Positions 56,278 through 64,000 of a stretch of 64,000 bases of DNA are shown one piece after another (position 1 is the first letter of the stretch; each line of letters opens with the position of its first letter). Both the position numbers and the translations under genes were made by a program. Location: positions 3,296 to 67,295 of the forward strand of contig CAIFEV010000009.1 of NCBI GenBank assembly GCA_903789615.1. The letters run 5' to 3'. The DNA comes from an uncultured Lachnospiraceae bacterium (lineage in GTDB: Bacteria; Bacillota; Clostridia; Lachnospirales; Lachnospiraceae). The notes beneath the pieces are model-generated. The model was not told the origin of the DNA, searched no databases, and worked only from the letters and a program-made list of their open reading frames with translations.

Positions 56278-57513
56278 TTATTTCCCCATTTCTTTCTTTT
56301 CTTCCTCGAGTTTCTGGTGCTTCATGCCGCGGACTTTGCTGGAAAGGCCGAAGAGGTTGATGAAGCCGGTCGCGTCCTTGTGATCGTAGAGATCGCCGGT
56401 CGTGAAGGAGGCGAGGGACTGGCTGTACAGAGAATACGGAGAGTCAGATCCGGCACGGATGATGTTGCCCTTGTAGAGCTTGAAGGTGACTTCGCCGGTC
56501 ACGTATTCCTGAGTGACATTCATGAAAGCAGTGATGGCTTCGCGGCTCGGGGAGAACCACTTGCCCTCGTAGATCAGCTCGGCCAGACGCTTCGCGAGGT
56601 CTTCCTTGAGCTCTGTTGTCTCGCGGTCGAGGATGAGCTCCTCAAGCTGCTGATGAGCTTCGTAGAGGATGGTTCCGCCCGGTGTCTCGTAGACGCCGCG
56701 GGACTTCATGCCGACCACGCGGTTCTCGACGATGTCGACGATGCCGATGCCGTTGCGGGCGCCCATCTCATTTAAGGTGCGGATGATGTCAGCGACCTTC
56801 ATGGCCTTGCCGTTGACGGTCTTCGGAACGCCCTTCTCAAAAGTCATGGTCACTGTCTCGGTCTTGTCCGGCGCTTCCTGCGGCGTCACGCCCAGAACGA
56901 GCAGGTGCTTGTAGTTCGGCTCGTTGGACGGATCCTCGAGCTCGAGGCCTTCGTGGGAGAGATGCCAGAGGTTGCGGTCGCGGCTGTAGCTGCTTGCCGC
57001 GTCGAAAGGCAGGTCGATGCCGTGCTTGTGGCAGTAGTCGATCTCGTCGTCGCGGGACTGCATCGTCCACTTCGGATCGCGCCACGGAGCGATGATTTTA
57101 ATATCCGGAGCCAGCGCCTTGATGGCAAGCTCGAAACGGATCTGGTCGTTGCCTTTGCCGGTCGCGCCGTGGCAGATGGCTACGGCGTGCTCCTTGCGGG
57201 CGATCTCAACGAGCCGCTTCGCGATGCACGGGCGGGCCATGGAAGTGCCCAGAAGATACTTGTTTTCATATACCGCGTTGGCCTGCACGCACGGAACAAT
57301 GTAATTCTCAGCGAAGTCATCCGTCAGGTCTTCGATGTAGAGTTTGGAAGCGCCGCTGGCGGCTGCTCTCTTGTCCAGCCCGTCCAGCTCCTTGCCCTGA
57401 CCGACGTCGGCGCAGACGCAGATGACATCATAATTGTAGTTTTCTTTCAGCCACGGGATGATCGCGGTCGTGTCCAGACCGCCCGAGTACGCAAGAACAA
57501 CCTTATCCTTCAT
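56278..57513 (-). CDS. argG: Argininosuccinate synthase
   Basis: VVLAYSGGLDTT, the ...GATGKGNDQIRFE block and a length of 411 aa. Confidence 0.93.
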   Translation of the reverse strand: MKDKVVLAYSGGLDTTAIIPWLKENYNYDVICVCADVGQGKELDGLDKRAAASGASKLYIEDLTDDFAENYIVPCVQANAVYENKYLLGTSMARPCIAKRLVEIARKEHAVAICHGATGKGNDQIRFELAIKALAPDIKIIAPWRDPKWTMQSRDDEIDYCHKHGIDLPFDAASSYSRDRNLWHLSHEGLELEDPSNEPNYKHLLVLGVTPQEAPDKTETVTMTFEKGVPKTVNGKAMKVADIIRTLNEMGARNGIGIVDIVENRVVGMKSRGVYETPGGTILYEAHQQLEELILDRETTELKEDLAKRLAELIYEGKWFSPSREAITAFMNVTQEYVTGEVTFKLYKGNIIRAGSDSPYSLYSQSLASFTTGDLYDHKDATGFINLFGLSSKVRGMKHQKLEEEKKEMGK

Positions 57514-57634
57514 ACAAATCCTCCAAAAAGCAAACTGGCGCCGCAGGTGCCTGCCGTGCGGATATACCGGAAACAGATGCCTGGCGCGTTTTCTTAACTA
57601 TATCCTCTGGACGATCTAAAATCAAGCACATGAT

Positions 57635-57668
57635 AGCATAAATATGCATAAATAATGTATAATTATAA
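57635..57668. promoter_or_regulatory. Candidate ArgR/AhrC operator(s) in the argG / argJ divergent region
   Basis: AT-rich palindromic tract AGCATAAATATGCATAAATAATGTATAATTAT, containing TGCATA-AA-TATGCA. It resembles ARG-box dyads from memory. Confidence 0.3.
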
Positions 57669-57760
57669 AAACACGGTGCAAAATCCCTTTACTTACTTCC
57701 CCGAACTGCTATACTATTCTGAATGACCCAAACAGTTTTCCGGGAAGGCGGTATCAGAAT

Positions 57761-58984
57761 ATGAAGAGAGTCGAAGGCGGAGTCACAGCGGCCAAAGGAT
57801 TCCTCGCGGGATCCGCGATGGCAGGGATCAGGCAGAACAAGCGCGACGACATGGCATTTGTCGTGAGTGAAAAGCCCTGCGTGGCAGCGGGCACATTTAC
57901 CACGAACCGCGTATTTGCAGCGCCGGTCAAATGGGACAGGAAAGTTATCGCCGATGCGCCGATGGCCCAGTGTATGGTGATAAATTCCGGCATCGCCAAC
58001 GCCTGCACCGGAGCGGAGGGCGACACGGCCTGCGAGGCCGAGGCAAAGGCGATTGAGTCGGTATTGAATATTCCGTATAAATCTGTCCTGATCGGATCGA
58101 CCGGCGTCATCGGCATGCAGCTGCCGGTTGAACAGATGGTGAGTGCGATCCGGGAAAATGCGGGAAAGCTGAGAGAAACCGCCGAGGCCGGAACGAAGGC
58201 GGCGCGCGCGATCATGACCACCGACACACATGACAAGCAGGTGGCGGTGCAGATCACGATCGGCGGGAAGACCGTCACAGTCGGAGGCATGTGCAAGGGC
58301 GCCGGCATGATCCATCCGCACATGTGCACGATGATCGCCTGCGTGACGACGGACGCGATGATCACGAAGGAGCTGCTGCAGAAGGCGCAGAGCGCAACCG
58401 TGGACGATTCCTACAATATGATTTCTGTTGACGGGGACATGAGCACGAACGACACGGCGGTTGTTCTGGCCAACGGCATGGCAGGCAACCCGCTGATTAA
58501 AGAGGAAGACGAGGCGTATCAGAAATTCTTCGAAGCGCTGAAGTACGTCAACACCGAACTTGCGAAGAGCATCGCCGGCGACGGGGAAGGATGCACCTGC
58601 CTGTTTGAGGCAAAGGTCATCGGGGCTTCAGACCGGACGCAGGCGCGCACACTCGCAAAGTCCATCATCCAGAGCAATCTGACCAAGGCGGCCATTTTCG
58701 GGCATGACGCCAACTGGGGACGTATACTGTGCGCGATGGGCTATTCGGGCGCTGAATTTGACCCGGAGAAAGTCGACATCTGGTTTGAGAGTGAAGCCGG
58801 CAGGCTCAAGATCGTTGAAAACGGCGTGGCGACGGATTACAGCGAGACGAAAGCGACGGAAATCATGAGCAAAAATCCCGTCACAGCCATCGCCGACATC
58901 AAAGAAGGCAGTCAGAGCGCGACGGCGTGGGGCTGCGATCTGACATTTGACTACATCAAAATCAACGCCGACTACCGCTCGTAA
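57761..58984 (+). CDS. argJ: Bifunctional ornithine acetyltransferase / N-acetylglutamate synthase
   Basis: GVTAAKGF is at the N-terminus. The autoprocessing region is GMIHPHMCTMIACVTTDA, and ...FDYIKINADYRS is the typical C-terminus. Confidence 0.9.
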   Translation: MKRVEGGVTAAKGFLAGSAMAGIRQNKRDDMAFVVSEKPCVAAGTFTTNRVFAAPVKWDRKVIADAPMAQCMVINSGIANACTGAEGDTACEAEAKAIESVLNIPYKSVLIGSTGVIGMQLPVEQMVSAIRENAGKLRETAEAGTKAARAIMTTDTHDKQVAVQITIGGKTVTVGGMCKGAGMIHPHMCTMIACVTTDAMITKELLQKAQSATVDDSYNMISVDGDMSTNDTAVVLANGMAGNPLIKEEDEAYQKFFEALKYVNTELAKSIAGDGEGCTCLFEAKVIGASDRTQARTLAKSIIQSNLTKAAIFGHDANWGRILCAMGYSGAEFDPEKVDIWFESEAGRLKIVENGVATDYSETKATEIMSKNPVTAIADIKEGSQSATAWGCDLTFDYIKINADYRS

Positions 58985-59024
58985 GCGAGGCAAGGCGTGA
59001 CCTGCAAAAATGGAGAATAACAAA

Positions 59025-60005
59025 ATGGTAATGGGAAATGAAGAAACCATCCGGCCCGTACACGCATCGCAGGAGGACCTGCGCAAGGCCGAGATTCTGA
59101 TCGAGGCGCTCCCCTATATACAGCGCTTCAACCGCAAGGTCATCGTCGTGAAGTACGGCGGGGCGGCGATGCGGGATCCGGAGCTCGAGAAGAAAGTGCT
59201 GCAGGACGTCGTCCTGCTTAAGCTCGTAGGCTTCAAGCCGATTCTCGTGCACGGCGGCGGCAAGGAGATCAGCACCTGGGTGAAGAAAAACGGCGGTGAG
59301 CCGAAGTTCATCGGGGGCCTGCGCGTGACCGATGAGGACACCATGCAGATCGCACAGATGGTGCTCAACCGGGTCAACAAGCAGCTCGTGACGATGGTGA
59401 GCAGCCTCGGCATCAAGGCGTGCGGTGTGTCCGGGCAGGACGGCGGCATGCTGAAGGTGACAAGAAAGACATTTGCCGGGCAGGACCTTGGGTATGTCGG
59501 CGAGGTGTCGGAGGTGAACACGACGATCCTGGAGGATCTGCTGCGGGACGACTTCCTTCCGATTGTGTGCCCGATCGGGTTTGGGGACGACTATCACGCA
59601 TACAACATCAACGCGGACGACGCGGCGTGCGCCATCGCCAAGGGCATGCGCGCCGAGAAGCTGGCGTTTCTGACCGATGTCGAGGGCATCTATCTGGACT
59701 ACAATGACAAGAGCACGCTGATCTCGGAGCTCTCGATCGACGAGGCCGAGGATCTCATTGGAAACGGCCAGGTGAGCGGAGGAATGCTTCCGAAGCTGAC
59801 CAACTGCGTGGATGCCGTGAAGAACGGCGTGTCCCGCGTCCACATCCTGGACGGCCGGATCCCGCACAGCCTGCTTCTTGAGATCTTCACCCACCGCGGC
59901 GTCGGGACGGCTATACTCAGCCGTGAGGCGCACAAGTTTTATCACAGGGAAGAGATTGAAGACGCGGGCGCTGCAGCCGGAAGCGGCGTCGGGGACTCGT
60001 ATTAA
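59025..60005 (+). CDS. argB: Acetylglutamate kinase
   Basis: ALPYIQRF...VVKYGGAAM and HGGG blocks are present. ATG at 59025 (8 nt after GGAGA) is preferred to 59010. Confidence 0.88.
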   Translation: MVMGNEETIRPVHASQEDLRKAEILIEALPYIQRFNRKVIVVKYGGAAMRDPELEKKVLQDVVLLKLVGFKPILVHGGGKEISTWVKKNGGEPKFIGGLRVTDEDTMQIAQMVLNRVNKQLVTMVSSLGIKACGVSGQDGGMLKVTRKTFAGQDLGYVGEVSEVNTTILEDLLRDDFLPIVCPIGFGDDYHAYNINADDAACAIAKGMRAEKLAFLTDVEGIYLDYNDKSTLISELSIDEAEDLIGNGQVSGGMLPKLTNCVDAVKNGVSRVHILDGRIPHSLLLEIFTHRGVGTAILSREAHKFYHREEIEDAGAAAGSGVGDSY

Positions 60006-60030
60006 GGCGCATACATTACAGGAGAATATC

Positions 60031-61239
60031 ATGAATACGGACGAAATCATCAGCACGGCAGAGGAAAAACTGATTCACACATACAACCGCTATCCGGTCG
60101 TCCTGGATCACGGCGAAGGCGTGCGCCTGTATGACACGGACGGGAAGGAATATCTGGACTTCGGCGCAGGTATAGCGGTCTTTGCGCTCGGCTACAGCAA
60201 CGGGCCGTACAAGCAGGCTCTGAAGGATCAGATCGACAAGCTGATCCACACGTCCAACTATTTCTACAACGAGCCGGCCATGAAGGCGGCGGTCAAGGTG
60301 ACGGAGGCCACCGGCATGGACCGCGTGTTCTTCACCAACAGCGGCACCGAGGCCATCGAGGGTGCCATCAAGCTCGCGAAGAAGTGGGCGTATCTGAAAT
60401 CCGGAAACGGCAGCACGGACCACGAGATCATCGCCATGAAGAATTCCTTCCACGGCCGCAGCATGGGCGCGCTGGCCGTGACCGGCAACAAGCACTACCA
60501 GGAAGCGTTCGGACCGATGATCCCCGGTATCCGCTTTGCACAGTACAATGACCTTGACAGCGTAAAATCCCTGGTAAATGACAAAACCTGCGCAATTATC
60601 CTCGAGACCGTCCAAGGTGAGGGAGGCGTTCACCCGGCGACTAAGGAATTCCTGACCGGCATCCGGGAGCTCTGCGACAAGAAAGACATTCTTATGATCC
60701 TCGACGAGGTGCAGTGCGGCATGGGCCGGACCGGATCGATGTTCGCCTACCAGCAGTACGGTGTCACGCCGGACATCGTGTCCATGGCCAAGGCCCTCGG
60801 ATGCGGCGTTCCGCTCGGCGCCTTTGCCGCAAAGGAAGAAGTCGCGAAGGCACTCGTTCCGGGCGATCACGGTTCGACCTACGGCGGAAACCCGCTGGCA
60901 TGTGCTGCCTGCGTGAGCGTGTTCGAACAGTTTGAGGCGCTGCACGTCGTGGATAATGTCCGGAAAGTCGGCGCGTACATGACGAAGCGTTTCGACAGTC
61001 TGGCGGCGGAGAACCCGTACATAAAAGAGCGCCGCGGAATGGGCCTGCTGCAGGGACTGGAACTGACAGGGCTGGATGCCGGGAAGGCGGCAGCGCGCTG
61101 CCTTTCGGAGGGACTGATCCTGTTTACGGCTGCCGGCAATACGCTGCGCTTTGTTCCGCCGCTCATCATCACGGAGGCGGATGTGGACGAGTGCGTGACG
61201 AAACTGGAGAGGGCGCTTGCAGCCGTGGCAGAAGGGTGA
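60031..61239 (+). CDS. argD: Acetylornithine aminotransferase
   Basis: Class III PLP aminotransferase blocks are present (FTNSGTEA, ILDEVQCGMGRTG, SMAKALG). ATG at 60031 follows CAGGAGAA. Confidence 0.88.
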   Translation: MNTDEIISTAEEKLIHTYNRYPVVLDHGEGVRLYDTDGKEYLDFGAGIAVFALGYSNGPYKQALKDQIDKLIHTSNYFYNEPAMKAAVKVTEATGMDRVFFTNSGTEAIEGAIKLAKKWAYLKSGNGSTDHEIIAMKNSFHGRSMGALAVTGNKHYQEAFGPMIPGIRFAQYNDLDSVKSLVNDKTCAIILETVQGEGGVHPATKEFLTGIRELCDKKDILMILDEVQCGMGRTGSMFAYQQYGVTPDIVSMAKALGCGVPLGAFAAKEEVAKALVPGDHGSTYGGNPLACAACVSVFEQFEALHVVDNVRKVGAYMTKRFDSLAAENPYIKERRGMGLLQGLELTGLDAGKAAARCLSEGLILFTAAGNTLRFVPPLIITEADVDECVTKLERALAAVAEG

Positions 61240-61244
61240 GGCGC

Positions 61245-62471
61245 ATGGCGGACATGTTTGAAATCACCGGAACGGTGACACTCAAAGAGCACGAGGGAAG
61301 ATTCTTAAAGTCCGGCGGGGACTGGATTTACGACAACGAGATCGCTTCCGCCAGTTCCGGAGTCACGGACGGGGCGCTTGTGCAGGTTCATGATTTTGAC
61401 GGGTATCTCATGGGCACCGGTTACATCAACCGGCGCTCAAAGATCACCGTACGGATGCTGACCCGGGGAGACGAAAAGGCTGAGGCAGAGCTTTTTGCCG
61501 CCCGGGTCCGTTCCTGTATTGAGGGGCGGAAGGCGTACTCCGACCTCTCCTGCTGCCGCCTGATCTTCGGCGAGGCCGACGGCTTCCCGGGACTGGTGGC
61601 GGATCTGTACAGCGGATATCTGGTCTGCCAGATCACGGCGCTTGGCATGGAACGCCTCTTTCCGGCCATTCTGCCCGTCATCCGGGAGGAACTGGCCGCG
61701 GCGAAAGTCCCTGTGAAAGGCGTGCTGCTTCGCAATGACGAGAAGGTGCGCGAAAAGGAAGGGCTTCCGCTTGAGAAAAAATTTGCCGGGGAGGCGTTTG
61801 ATACCCGTGTACCAATCGTGGAAAATGGCGTAAAATATATTGTTGACGTGATGGATGGCCAGAAAACCGGTTTCTTTCTGGATCAGAAGGAAAACCGGGC
61901 GGCGGTGCAGCGTCTTGTGGCCGGTATGGCGGGGACAAAAGAAAAAGTCCGGGTGCTGGACTGCTTTACGCACACGGGTTCCTTTGCCCTGAATGCGGCA
62001 AGAGGCGGTGCCGCGCAGGTGCTGGCTGTGGACGCTTCGGACCTGGCTGTCGCGCAGGCGCAGGAGAACGCCCGGATAAACGGTGTCTCTGACCGGGTGC
62101 AGTTCCTCACGGCGGATGTCTTTGATTTTCTGCCGCAGCAGGTCCGGGAGGGAAAGCAGTATGACCTTGTGGTCCTTGACCCGCCGGCGTTCACCAAGTC
62201 CAGAAACTCGGTGAAGGCGGCTGCCCGCGGCTACCGGCAGATCAACAGCGACGGGATGCGGCTCGTGGTGCCGGGCGGATACCTGGCAACCTGCACGTGC
62301 TCCCACTTCATGGATCCGGAACTGTTTCAGAAGACGATTGCGGAGGCCGCGCATATCGCGCACCGGCGCCTTTCCCAGGTGTACGCCGGCACACAGGCAC
62401 CGGACCACACATACCGGTGGGGAATGTCGGAGAGCCTGTATCTGAAATTCTATATTTTCCGTCTGGACTAA
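61245..62471 (+). CDS. Class I SAM-dependent rRNA methyltransferase (RlmI-like, PUA plus MTase)
   Basis: TGFFLDQKENR, VLDCFTHTGSFAL and LDPPAF blocks are present. The ATG is at 61245. Confidence 0.8.
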   Translation: MADMFEITGTVTLKEHEGRFLKSGGDWIYDNEIASASSGVTDGALVQVHDFDGYLMGTGYINRRSKITVRMLTRGDEKAEAELFAARVRSCIEGRKAYSDLSCCRLIFGEADGFPGLVADLYSGYLVCQITALGMERLFPAILPVIREELAAAKVPVKGVLLRNDEKVREKEGLPLEKKFAGEAFDTRVPIVENGVKYIVDVMDGQKTGFFLDQKENRAAVQRLVAGMAGTKEKVRVLDCFTHTGSFALNAARGGAAQVLAVDASDLAVAQAQENARINGVSDRVQFLTADVFDFLPQQVREGKQYDLVVLDPPAFTKSRNSVKAAARGYRQINSDGMRLVVPGGYLATCTCSHFMDPELFQKTIAEAAHIAHRRLSQVYAGTQAPDHTYRWGMSESLYLKFYIFRLD

Positions 62472-62484
62472 AAAGAGAGGTCAT

Positions 62485-63663
62485 ATGGCGCAGGACGACA
62501 ACAACGGGAAGCTTGATCTGGCACAGATCAGAGGCGAGATTGACGAGGTGGACGCGCAGCTGACGCAGCTTTTCGAGAAGCGGCTTAAGCTGACCCGCGC
62601 GGTCGCGCGCTACAAGCTGGCGACGGGCAGGAAGGTGCTGGACCGCGGACGCGAGAATGAGAAGATCGTAACGCTTAAGCAGGGAGTCGGCAGTGCGGAG
62701 AACACCGCGGATATCATCCGCATGTTCCGGCAGATCATGGCGGACAGCCGGAAGTATCAGTACCGGCTGCTGGAGGAGAGCGGCAACACAGCCAGAGAAC
62801 CGTTCACTCAGACGGAGCGCATCCCGCGGGAAGGCGTCACCGTCGTCTACCAGGGACTCCCGGGCGCGTACTCGGACATTGCGACGGGGCAGGTCTTTGG
62901 CCCCGGCGTGAAGAGCTTTCATGTTCGCACCTGGCGGATGGCCATGGAGGCCGTGCGCGACGGCCGCGCGGATTTTGCCGTTCTTCCGGTTGAAAATTCG
63001 ACGACCGGATTTATCACGGACGTCTTTGATCTGCTCGAGGAATTCGACAATTACATCATCGGCGAGACATATGTGAAGGTCGGGCATGTGCTGTGCGCCC
63101 TTCCGGGCACGCAGCTTTCGGACATCCGGAAGGTATACTCGCATCCGCAGGGCATCATGCAGTGCTCGAAATTCCTGGACTCTCATCCGGACTGGAAGGT
63201 GTCGCAGGAGCTGAACACGGCGGCCAGCGCAAAAAAAGTGGCAGATGAGAAAGACCGGACGCAGGCGGCGATTGCCAGCGCACAGGCAGCGGAGAGCTAC
63301 GGATTGGAAATCCTGAAAGAAGGCATCAGCGATTTTGCCGGCAATGAGACGCGGTTTCTGATTGTGGAGAACCGGCGCTGCTTTGTTAAAACAGCTGACA
63401 AAATGTGCATTCTGTTCGAAACGCCCAACGAGCCCGGATCTCTGTATGCCATTCTGAGCCATATCGTTTATAATGGACTAAACATGAGCTGGATCGAGTC
63501 CCGGCCCATTCTGGGCAGCACGCGGGAATTCCGGTTTTTTGTAGAATTCGACGGCAATATCAATGACCCGGCGGTGATTGACGCCATGCGCGGCATTCAG
63601 GAAGAATCCCGCTCTGTCCGGCTACTGGGCAATTACCGTTCAGGAAAAAGTAAGGAGCAGTAA
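62485..63663 (+). CDS. pheA: Bifunctional chorismate mutase / prephenate dehydratase
   Basis: The N-terminal CM helix is IRGEIDEVDAQLTQLFEKRL. PDT blocks are YQGLPGAYS and ENSTTG. ETRF and an ACT tail are present. Confidence 0.88.
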   Translation: MAQDDNNGKLDLAQIRGEIDEVDAQLTQLFEKRLKLTRAVARYKLATGRKVLDRGRENEKIVTLKQGVGSAENTADIIRMFRQIMADSRKYQYRLLEESGNTAREPFTQTERIPREGVTVVYQGLPGAYSDIATGQVFGPGVKSFHVRTWRMAMEAVRDGRADFAVLPVENSTTGFITDVFDLLEEFDNYIIGETYVKVGHVLCALPGTQLSDIRKVYSHPQGIMQCSKFLDSHPDWKVSQELNTAASAKKVADEKDRTQAAIASAQAAESYGLEILKEGISDFAGNETRFLIVENRRCFVKTADKMCILFETPNEPGSLYAILSHIVYNGLNMSWIESRPILGSTREFRFFVEFDGNINDPAVIDAMRGIQEESRSVRLLGNYRSGKSKEQ

Positions 63664-63668
63664 CCTAA

Positions 63669-64000
63669 ATGAAACTTGTACCCCTTAAGGACGAGCTTTC
63701 GTCCACCACCTATCCCGGCCGCGGCATCATCGTGGGCCGGTCCGAAGACGGGACAAAAGCTGTAGCCGCCTACTTCATCATGGGCCGCTCGGCCAACAGC
63801 CGCAACCGCATCTTTGTGGCAGACGGCGACGGACTGCGCACGCAGGCCTTTGACGAGAGCAAGGTGGAAGATCCGCGTCTCATCATCTACGCGCCGGTCC
63901 GCGTGCTGAAGGCCGCGACGATCGTGACCAACGGCGATCAGACGGACACCATTTACGAGCACATGAAGAAGGGCGACACCTTCGAGCAGGCGCTGCGCAC
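63669..64000 (+). CDS. IMP cyclohydrolase (PurO-like), N-terminal part, runs off the window
   Basis: ATG at 63669 is followed by an open frame to the window end. YPGRGIIVGRSEDGTKAVAAYFIMGRSANSRNRIF resembles bacterial PurO-type IMP cyclohydrolases from memory. Confidence 0.65.
   Translation, partial: MKLVPLKDELSSTTYPGRGIIVGRSEDGTKAVAAYFIMGRSANSRNRIFVADGDGLRTQAFDESKVEDPRLIIYAPVRVLKAATIVTNGDQTDTIYEHMKKGDTFEQALR

Overview
GC-rich, gene-dense chromosomal segment. The T-box leader, an L-box-like leader, GatCAB, KtrAB-type K+ uptake genes and a terminator-targeting group II intron suggest a Clostridia-class Firmicute; that taxon call is inference only. I support about 55 protein genes, mostly housekeeping or catabolic. 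They include a heterodimeric ABC exporter with a divergent LysR regulator, ldh, and a cluster rich in M20 peptidases and amidohydrolases with transporters. They also include K+ uptake genes, pepT, gltX, glnA plus an ANTAR regulator, fchA-like/folD, aspS-gatCAB, purB, a MATE pump and mgtE. The remainder are two esterases, an IlvD/Edd dehydratase with a DapA-type aldolase, argG / argJ-argB-argD, an RlmI-like methyltransferase, pheA and a PurO-like IMP cyclohydrolase. Non-coding features are tRNA-Pro(GGG), tRNA-Leu(UAG), a clear T-box leader with an apparent AAC (Asn) specifier ahead of aspS-gatCAB, and a candidate lysine riboswitch ahead of an AGCS symporter/amidohydrolase operon. A roughly 1.9 kb group II intron sits just after a terminator hairpin in the argG 3' region. 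The least explained signal is a family of 35-40 nt hairpin repeats, with arms GCATCGGAA...TTCCGATGC and a compensated variant GTGCAACGGAAT...ATTCCGTTGCAC. These repeats are arranged in arrays with a 61-63 bp period at five or more intergenic sites. One array sits between the T-box terminator and aspS. Two homologous arrays bracket a lone PD-(D/E)xK-like gene next to a truncated ABC binding-protein gene. No cas genes, transposase, prophage or known defence operon was recognised. All homology calls are from motif recall, not database searches.
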